Origin: an uncultured Candidatus Rokubacteria bacterium
Lineage (GTDB): Bacteria > Methylomirabilota > Methylomirabilia > Rokubacteriales > DASRDR01
Reading direction: 5' to 3'
DNA: 64,000 nt
Assembly (NCBI GenBank): GCA_963708025.1
Contig: CAVPSB010000016.1
Coordinates: 96,001-160,000, forward strand
Shown: in pieces, positions 57,609 through 64,000 of the stretch
Position numbering within the stretch: position 1 is the first letter of the stretch
How the letters are laid out: every line of letters starts with the position of its first letter
Notes under the pieces: generated by a model
The model's database searches: none
Told to the model about the DNA's origin: nothing
The model's input: only the letters and a program-made list of their open reading frames with translations
Position numbers and translations under genes: made by a program

Positions 57609-57710
57609 CGCCCTCGCGGCGGGCCGACGCTCGTCGGCTGAGCCGAGGGGGACGCTCCGGACAATTACGAACCCACCCGGTACCGGCTGGTCGTCTCAAC
57701 GAAACCGGCC

Positions 57711-57727
57711 ACTTAGTTAAACTAAGT
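57711..57727. promoter_or_regulatory. Perfect AT-rich palindrome ACTTAGTT-A-AACTAAGT (operator-like)
   Basis: 8-1-8 inverted repeat 2 nt before ATG 57730. Confidence 0.5.
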
Positions 57728-57729
57728 CA

Positions 57730-58052
57730 ATGCCGCTTTCAAGGCTCACGATAGGACTCGGCTTGATCGTCGTCTTGGCCGGTTGCGCCGGCCGGATGAC
57801 GAGTCAGAAGTTCGACCGCGCCTTTCCACCCGCTTCCACCGTTGGGCCCACGAGGGAGCCCGACGATTCAGTTCAGATGAAGCGCGGCAGGCAGCCGCCC
57901 TGGGCTACCTGGACGCGATTGATCCTGACCACCTCTGGGAGGCCATGCTCCACGAGGCTGGAAAGTCCGTGCCCGAGTCAGAGCGGATGGAGTTCTTCCG
58001 TCTAGTCGATCAAGCAATGCCGCGCGAAGACCTCCAGCCCTTGGGAACCTAA
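57730..58052 (+). CDS. Putative lipoprotein, frameshifted or remnant
   Basis: Lipobox VLAGC; a protein-like continuation (AAALGYLDAIDPDHLWEAML) lies in another frame. Confidence 0.4.
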
Positions 58053-58295
58053 GTGGAAGAATATTGCCGATGATCTGCATATCGGTGGCTTTGACCTGAT
58101 GCGACTAGCGCTGGCCAAGCGCTCAGCTTTCCGACGTCCGGCCCATCCTTCCGGGCTCCCCGCCGGCGTTCAGGTCGCCCTCGTTGGCGAAACGTCCCTA
58201 TTCTGACAATAGCTTAAGGCCAGCCACCTTCTCTACAGGTGGTAGGGATCCTCGCGACTGACGTCACAGCTTTTCTGTCTTCCTGCGACATGTAT

Positions 58296-58311
58296 TGGCA
58301 CCGGAGATGCT
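58296..58311 (+). promoter_or_regulatory. sigma54-like promoter TGGCAC-CGGAG-ATGCT upstream of wzm
   Basis: GG-N10-GC spacing, 21 nt before ATG 58333. Confidence 0.6.
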
Positions 58312-58332
58312 ACAGACTGTGCCGATCTATCG

Positions 58333-59142
58333 ATGCTGAGAGATCGACCTGGTGCGACGTCGCAGGGTGGGAGCGCGGATCGCCCTAGACGGCACGTCCG
58401 CGACCTGCTCTACGTCCTCGTCGGTCGCGACATCAAGCTGCGCTACAGGGACTCCGTTCTGGGCGTGCTTTGGTCGTTGTTGAATCCACTGGCCCACCTG
58501 GTGGTTCTGGTATTCGTCTTCCAGTGGGTCGCGCCGCTGAACATCCCGAACTATCCACTGTTCGTGTTCACCGGGGTGTTGGCGTGGAGCTGGTTCAGTG
58601 CCGCCCTGCCGGCGGCCACCATCTCTATCACGAGCAATCGCCAGCTGATTCGACAGCCCGGGTTTCCCGCGGCTATCTTGCCCGCGGTGCCGGTGCTGTC
58701 GAGTCTCGTGCACTTCGCCATCGCGATGGCCCTCGTCCTCGTGGTCCTGGTGATCAGCGGCGGCTGGCTGACCCCGGCCGTCCTTGCGCTCCCGTTGGTC
58801 GTGGCCCTCCAGTTCCTGGTCACCCTCAGCCTTGGGTACGTCACGGCCACTGTCCAGGTGCGCTTTCGCGATACCGCTTACCTCCTCGCGATGCTGCTGC
58901 TCCTGGGGTTCTTCCTCACCCCGGTGTTCTATCGACCGGGTCTGGTTCCGACGGCCTATCAGGTCGTTTACGTCCTGAACCCGATGGCCCATCTCATCGG
59001 CGCCTACCGCGACATCCTGATCGCGGGACAGTGGCCCGATATCCCGGGCCTCTTGGCCGTCGGGGCGGCCGCGACAGCCCTGCTCTGGCTCGGGCATCGA
59101 ATGTTCCATCGCGCCAGCGTGAGCTTCGCCGAGGAGACGTGA
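58333..59142 (+). CDS. wzm: Polysaccharide ABC exporter permease
   Basis: RDIKLRYRDSVLGVLWSLLNPL, RFRD, TPVFY, LNPM. Confidence 0.9.
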   Translation: MLRDRPGATSQGGSADRPRRHVRDLLYVLVGRDIKLRYRDSVLGVLWSLLNPLAHLVVLVFVFQWVAPLNIPNYPLFVFTGVLAWSWFSAALPAATISITSNRQLIRQPGFPAAILPAVPVLSSLVHFAIAMALVLVVLVISGGWLTPAVLALPLVVALQFLVTLSLGYVTATVQVRFRDTAYLLAMLLLLGFFLTPVFYRPGLVPTAYQVVYVLNPMAHLIGAYRDILIAGQWPDIPGLLAVGAAATALLWLGHRMFHRASVSFAEET

Positions 59143-60450
59143 GTGCAGGACGCCATCGTCGTCGAGGGCGTCGGGAAGCTGTTCCGACGTCATGCGGATC
59201 GCCCCCGCAGCCTGTCCGAGCACGTGCTCCAAGGATTGCGACGGCGGCAGCCACCGGAATGCTTCTGGGCGCTGCGGGATGTCAGCTTTCGCGTAGGGCG
59301 GGGACGGGCCCTCGGGGTCATCGGCAAGAACGGCGCGGGGAAGTCGACGCTGCTCCGGCTCGTGGGCGGAATCGGCCAGGCCACCGAAGGGCGGCTCATG
59401 ACGTATGGGCGCGTCCGCGCCCTGCTCGATCTGGGATCGAGCTTCCACCACGATCTGACTGGCCGGGAGAACGTGATCGTCGCCGGCGTGGTGGCTGGAC
59501 TCACCCGGCGTCAGGTCCTGGAGCGGTTCAACGACATCGTGGACTTCGCCGAGCTCGAGACATTCATCGACCAGCCAACTCGTACGTTCAGCAGCGGGAT
59601 GCTGATGCGTCTGGCATTCGCGGTGGCCGTGCACACGGATCCTGAGATTCTCCTGGTGGACGAGCTGCTCGCGGTGGGCGATGTGGGGTTCCAGTACAAG
59701 TGCCTCGAGCGAATCGCCCGGTTCAAGCAAGACGGCTGCGCGATTCTCCTGGTCTCGCACGACATGGCGACCATGGAGGCTCAGTGCGACGACATGCTGT
59801 GGCTGCGCGACGGACGGACCGAGGCGTACGGTCAGCCGAAGGACGTCATCGGGCGCTACGTCGACGAGTCGATGGCCGAGACACGCCGTCGGATGGCGCC
59901 GGGTCGTCCCGCGGCCCGAGCCTCCAGCGGACGCGAGCTACGCCTCAACGAGAACCGCTTCGGCTCGCTCGAGCTCGAGATCACCGCGGTGAGGATCCTC
60001 GATGATCGGGGCGAGCCGATCGAAGAGATCGAGCCCGGCGCTGCGGTCACGATCGAGATCGAATACCACAGCCCGCGGCCTGTCTCCTGTCCGCATTTCG
60101 GCGTGACCATCTCCCGGCCTGACGAGTTCGTGTGCTTCGAGGTCACCACGGCCGCAGATGGGCACGTCCTGCCGGATCTCGTCGGGCGCGGCCGGGTCGG
60201 ACTCGCCATGGAGAGGCTCGATCTGTCCGCCGGCGAATATTTCATCAACGTCAGCGCCTACGAGCGGGAATGGTCGTATACCTACGATTCGCACTGGCAC
60301 GTGTACTCGCTGCGGGTCCGGGCGAGCAACTCCGGCAAGGGGCTTCTCCGGATGCCGCATCGGTGGCGCTTCGAGGTCAACGGCAAGAGGAGTGACCTTC
60401 CCCAGCGACCGGCGTCGAGCGCACCTGGCCCGGCGATGCGGGAGCAGTAG
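59143..60450 (+). CDS. wzt: Polysaccharide ABC exporter ATPase with C-terminal carbohydrate-binding domain
   Basis: FWALRDVSF, GKNGAGKST, FSSGMLMRLAF, VDELLAVGD, NRFGS..Wzt_C region. Confidence 0.92.
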   Translation: MQDAIVVEGVGKLFRRHADRPRSLSEHVLQGLRRRQPPECFWALRDVSFRVGRGRALGVIGKNGAGKSTLLRLVGGIGQATEGRLMTYGRVRALLDLGSSFHHDLTGRENVIVAGVVAGLTRRQVLERFNDIVDFAELETFIDQPTRTFSSGMLMRLAFAVAVHTDPEILLVDELLAVGDVGFQYKCLERIARFKQDGCAILLVSHDMATMEAQCDDMLWLRDGRTEAYGQPKDVIGRYVDESMAETRRRMAPGRPAARASSGRELRLNENRFGSLELEITAVRILDDRGEPIEEIEPGAAVTIEIEYHSPRPVSCPHFGVTISRPDEFVCFEVTTAADGHVLPDLVGRGRVGLAMERLDLSAGEYFINVSAYEREWSYTYDSHWHVYSLRVRASNSGKGLLRMPHRWRFEVNGKRSDLPQRPASSAPGPAMREQ

Positions 60451-60458
60451 AGGCACGT

Positions 60459-63400
60459 ATGCGAGTGCTCATCGTGTCGGCCTACCCACCCGATCCTGCC
60501 CCCGAGGCCAACCACGCCCTCCACATCAGCGAGCATCTGGCCGAGGCCGGAGTCGATGTCCACGTCCTGTGCAAGAGGGGGAGCATAGCCGTCGGGACGC
60601 GCCGGAACATCGTCGTGCATCCAGTCATCGCCGACTGGACCTGGTCGGATCTTCCGAGAGTGGTAAGGTGCCTGAGACGGTCCCGTCCAGACGTCGTTCT
60701 CCTCCTCTACATCGGCTGGGTCTACGACAACGAGCCGATGATCACGTTCCTGCCGACTATCTGCAAGGCAGCCCTCCCCGGCGTGCCGTGCGTGACACAG
60801 TTCGAGATCGTCGATCTCGGAACCCCCCGTCGATCGTTGTCGACACGCGCGCTGCGCAAGGCAGCGGCGCTCTTGGCGGGCTGGAAGAATGTGCATTACC
60901 TGTTCGGGACGCTGTTGCGCGATAGCGCCCGGGTCATCGCCCTCAGCAGTCCTCACCGGGCCCGACTCTTGGCCCACGACCCCGCGGTCGAGGAGAAGAG
61001 CGCGGTCATGCCGCCACCGCCGCTCATCCGTGTCTGTGGCGATGATCCCGCCACGACCCGGAGGCGAACGCGCGAGGCGATCGGGGCGGCTGAGAACGAT
61101 TTTGTCCTGATGTACTGGGGATATATCTACCCAGGCAAGGGCGTGGAGACTCTCCTGGAGGCGTTTCGGATGGTATGCGATCGGCATCCGGGCATGCGCC
61201 TGCTCATCGTGGGGGGGAGCCTCGATGTCCCGACGGGGCCGATCAGCCGCGACTACTTTCAGACGGTCCGCCAGCTCCCAGAAGAGCTGGGCATTGCCGA
61301 GCGGGTCGTCTGGACGGGGCATTTCACTTGGGACAGCGACGCCGGATCCCGGTATCTGCACGCCGGCGACCTCTGTGTTCTGCCGTTCCACTACGGGGTG
61401 ACGCTGAACAACAGCTCGCTCGCCGCGGCGGCCACGCACGGTCTCCCTGTGATCGCCACGGAATTGTCGAAAGGACGGGACGAGGCACTGGAGCACGGCC
61501 GGAACATCTACCTGTGCCGGGCGCGGGACGCACAAGCCCTTGCCGAGGCAATCGATCTGATCGGACACAGCACCGAGTTGCGTGAGCGCTTGCGAGCGGG
61601 GATTCGTGGCCTCGCAGCCGACTGGCACCGTTGGGACAGGATGACTCAGCGCATGATCGGGATACTGGGATCGGCGATTCCGCGCAGGCGGTCAGGCGAC
61701 CAGCCGGTAGGCCCGGCGAACGCCATACGGCGTTCTTCATCGACGTGGTCGGAGCTCGATGCAGACGTCGGCGGTGGAGCCACTCCGCTGGTGTCGGTGA
61801 TCGTCGCCGCCTACAACGTCGGACAATACCTCAGTCACTGCCTCGACTCCCTGGTCAATCAGACGCTGAAGAATGTCGAGATCATCGTCGTCGACGACGC
61901 GTCACAAGACAACAGCGCGGCGATCCTCAGTGAGTACAAGGCGCGACATCCGCATCTCGTCCGGGTCGTGACCTGCGAGCACAACATGGGCCTGGCGAGC
62001 GTCCGGAACATCGGGATGAGGCTCGCGAGAGGCGAGTACATTGCGTTCACGGATGGGGATGATTGGGCCGATATACGGATGTGCGAAGTCACGTACCAGC
62101 GAGCCCACGACGACGGCTCGGACGTCGTCATCGCGGACGCCACCGTGTTCTACGAGGACTCCAAGACGTTCGGGCCGTTCTTCGATCAGCACATCCGGAG
62201 GGCACTGGACCCCCAACTGAGAGCCACGCCATTCGAGCTGAGCCGGGACCTGCGCGTGATGTTGCTCGAACCGGTCGCATGGACGAAGCTCTACAGACGA
62301 ACATTCCTGCAGAAGCACGCCCTGGAGTTCGAGGATGGAATGAACTCCTATGAGGACATCTGCTTCCACTTCTCCGTCCTGTTGAAGGCCACGAGAATAT
62401 CGCTTCTCGATACGGCGCTGTTCTTTTACCGACAGAACCGGCCGGGTCAGATATCGGCGCGGACGAACCGAAAGGTCTTCGAGGTGTTCGAAGTGTTCGA
62501 CGCGATCCGAAAGAATCTCACGACCTGGGAAGTCTCCCCTGACATCTGGATGCTGCTCGCCCGGGTGCAGCTGCGACAGTTCGACTGGTTACTGAAAGAC
62601 AGGGTTCAATCCCGCCACAAGCGCGAGTTCCTGGCGTCCGCGGCGAAACAGTTGCGGATGATCCCTGAGAGCGCCACTCGACGGTTCCTCCGGCAGGCGA
62701 CACCGGAGGAGCTGTCGAGATTTGTATGCATGCGGCGGAGCTGGCTGTACGCGTACGAACGGGTCGCACGAGGCGAGTGGCCGCTGCTCAGGCTGGTCTG
62801 CCTCGTGCTGAACGGGCGCCGGCCAGGTGTTCATCGACGGCTCGGCTTCGGGCGCCTGCGGCAGCGAGCGAGGTCCGTGGCTCGGTCGTTCGTCGAAACG
62901 TTGCGCGGTTCGGCAACCCTGGCTGCGCGGCCGGAGGCGATCGAGGCTCGGTCGGCGGAACTCCATGAGCTGACCGCGCGGGGTGAGGAACCGCTGGTCG
63001 AGGTCCGTCAGGTCCACGAGCAGGAGCTTGTTCTGGCTCGGCCCGACAAGGCCGGACTGTCCGACGCGCTGCGCCGGATGGAAACCGACTATTACCTCTC
63101 GCGGGCCGCGATCTTCCGCGAGGGAGACATCGTGGTCGACGTCGGCGCACACGTCGGGGTGGTGTCGATCTACCTCGGCAGGAAGTACCCCTTCATACGG
63201 GTCTACGCCGTGGAGCCCGAACCGACGAACTTCGAGTGCCTGAAGCGGAACATCGAGCTGAATGGCGCCTGGAACGTTACCGCGATCAACAAGGCCGTTT
63301 CCGAGGATGGACAGAAGCGAAGGTTGTCCGAAGCCGCAGCCGTCTTCACGACCACTGAAGCAGGTCCTGCCCGGAGTCGCCTTGCCGATCGAATGCGTGG

Positions 63401-63596
63401 CCATGGTTGGAAACACCTCCGAGACGCTGGTCGTCGTCGCCCGGGGCCCCGATGGGCGCACGTCGTTTTCGTGGGCCAAGCGGCTCGACTATGCCCTTCA
63501 TCAGCTGCCTCTCGAGCTCTGGGGCGACCCCGAGCATGTCGTCCGAACCGTGGGCGTCCACAACGAGATCGTACGGGGTCTGGCCGCCCAGCATGA
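60459..63596 (+). CDS. Multidomain GT4 + GT2 glycosyltransferase + FkbM-like methyltransferase, the latter truncated near 63320
   Basis: GT4 GYIYPGKG..GLPVIAT; GT2 VSVIVAAYN, VDDASQD, FTDGDD; FkbM VVDVGAHVG..AVEP..N; low-plausibility tail after about 63320. Confidence 0.85.
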   Translation: MRVLIVSAYPPDPAPEANHALHISEHLAEAGVDVHVLCKRGSIAVGTRRNIVVHPVIADWTWSDLPRVVRCLRRSRPDVVLLLYIGWVYDNEPMITFLPTICKAALPGVPCVTQFEIVDLGTPRRSLSTRALRKAAALLAGWKNVHYLFGTLLRDSARVIALSSPHRARLLAHDPAVEEKSAVMPPPPLIRVCGDDPATTRRRTREAIGAAENDFVLMYWGYIYPGKGVETLLEAFRMVCDRHPGMRLLIVGGSLDVPTGPISRDYFQTVRQLPEELGIAERVVWTGHFTWDSDAGSRYLHAGDLCVLPFHYGVTLNNSSLAAAATHGLPVIATELSKGRDEALEHGRNIYLCRARDAQALAEAIDLIGHSTELRERLRAGIRGLAADWHRWDRMTQRMIGILGSAIPRRRSGDQPVGPANAIRRSSSTWSELDADVGGGATPLVSVIVAAYNVGQYLSHCLDSLVNQTLKNVEIIVVDDASQDNSAAILSEYKARHPHLVRVVTCEHNMGLASVRNIGMRLARGEYIAFTDGDDWADIRMCEVTYQRAHDDGSDVVIADATVFYEDSKTFGPFFDQHIRRALDPQLRATPFELSRDLRVMLLEPVAWTKLYRRTFLQKHALEFEDGMNSYEDICFHFSVLLKATRISLLDTALFFYRQNRPGQISARTNRKVFEVFEVFDAIRKNLTTWEVSPDIWMLLARVQLRQFDWLLKDRVQSRHKREFLASAAKQLRMIPESATRRFLRQATPEELSRFVCMRRSWLYAYERVARGEWPLLRLVCLVLNGRRPGVHRRLGFGRLRQRARSVARSFVETLRGSATLAARPEAIEARSAELHELTARGEEPLVEVRQVHEQELVLARPDKAGLSDALRRMETDYYLSRAAIFREGDIVVDVGAHVGVVSIYLGRKYPFIRVYAVEPEPTNFECLKRNIELNGAWNVTAINKAVSEDGQKRRLSEAAAVFTTTEAGPARSRLADRMRGHGWKHLRDAGRRRPGPRWAHVVFVGQAARLCPSSAASRALGRPRACRPNRGRPQRDRTGSGRPA

Positions 63597-63726
63597 AGGC
63601 GTTCTGTTCGTGGACCAGGCGCGTCTGATGCCCGGGTCCGGCCTCTACTTCAATGACCCCTGCCATTTCACCGTCATCGGGGCCACGAAGTTCGTCGAGA
63701 ATCTGCTCGGGGTTCTGCTCCCGTGA
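63320..63726 (+). pseudogene. C-terminal fragment of an SGNH/GDSL-like hydrolase
   Basis: HNEIVRGLA...VLFVD...FNDPCHFT..G (DxxH block) in a different frame from the FkbM domain. Confidence 0.55.
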
Positions 63727-64000
63727 ACGAGGCCGCGCGCGCAACGGGAGTACGTGAGGGCCGGGCTTTCAGGGCTGCTCGAGGGGGTTATGGCGTGTTG
63801 CACAGGATATCTGCGCGCGCGGCCTGATGCCGGCGATCCCTGCGGAGTATCAGGCGTTACTTCTTCCGTTCTCAGCAGTGCTTCGTCTTTGGTAGCGGAC
63901 TCGCCGGTCCACCCGCGGATGACCGTGTCGGCGACATCGTGTTCCGGCTCGCAACACCGCCCGATCTCGAGCATCTTGACGAGCTCGAGCGCTTTGGCCG

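Noticed and set aside
58236-58250. ops/JUMPstart-like GGTGGTAG upstream of wzm
   Set aside because: Weak match, and it lies upstream of the predicted promoter.
63645-64000. Minus-strand open frame entering from the right edge
   Set aside because: No recognisable motif; overlaps the SGNH-like fragment; cannot be judged without more sequence.

Overview
Very GC-rich bacterial DNA with no rRNA, tRNA, CRISPR array or transposase that I can see. The gene repertoire (GAF hybrid kinases, zinc-ribbon/cyclase/AAA/TPR protein, arrays of Tat-exported NMT1-like binding proteins) suggests Candidatus Rokubacteria/Methylomirabilota; this is inference only. Left to right: (1) an ECF sigma factor coupled to an unannotated ZAS anti-sigma/Ogt-like fusion cut by the window edge; (2) a 3xGAF hybrid kinase, molybdopterin oxidoreductase, STAND-type cyclase, NIPSNAP, hflX, small genes, GT9 and PAP2; (3) a 14.9-26.2 kb island with six sigma54-type promoters covering an ADP-forming acyl-CoA ligase, cbaDBA (ba3-type oxidase), four universal stress proteins, a cytochrome c, a receiver protein and a Ca-type P-ATPase; (4) two ArnT-like transferases, MFS, SDR and VOC; (5) a heavily frameshifted signalling cluster: three Tat binding proteins, SCO, two kinases, a receiver and a receiver-cyclase, with no permease; (6) an RGPP-ended leader-like ORF before yjbQ, then a Calx-beta/FG-GAP surface protein; (7) GNAT, tartronate semialdehyde reductase, MetH-activation-like domain, KdoO-like, BHMT-like, GbsB-like and HAD genes; (8) a kinase, SigK/RskA-like pair, and a lower-GC wzm-wzt-glycosyltransferase locus. 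Many single-base frameshifts (probably long-read errors) and at least seven gene remnants or fusion junctions are present. All functional calls come from motif recognition by eye, not database searches.
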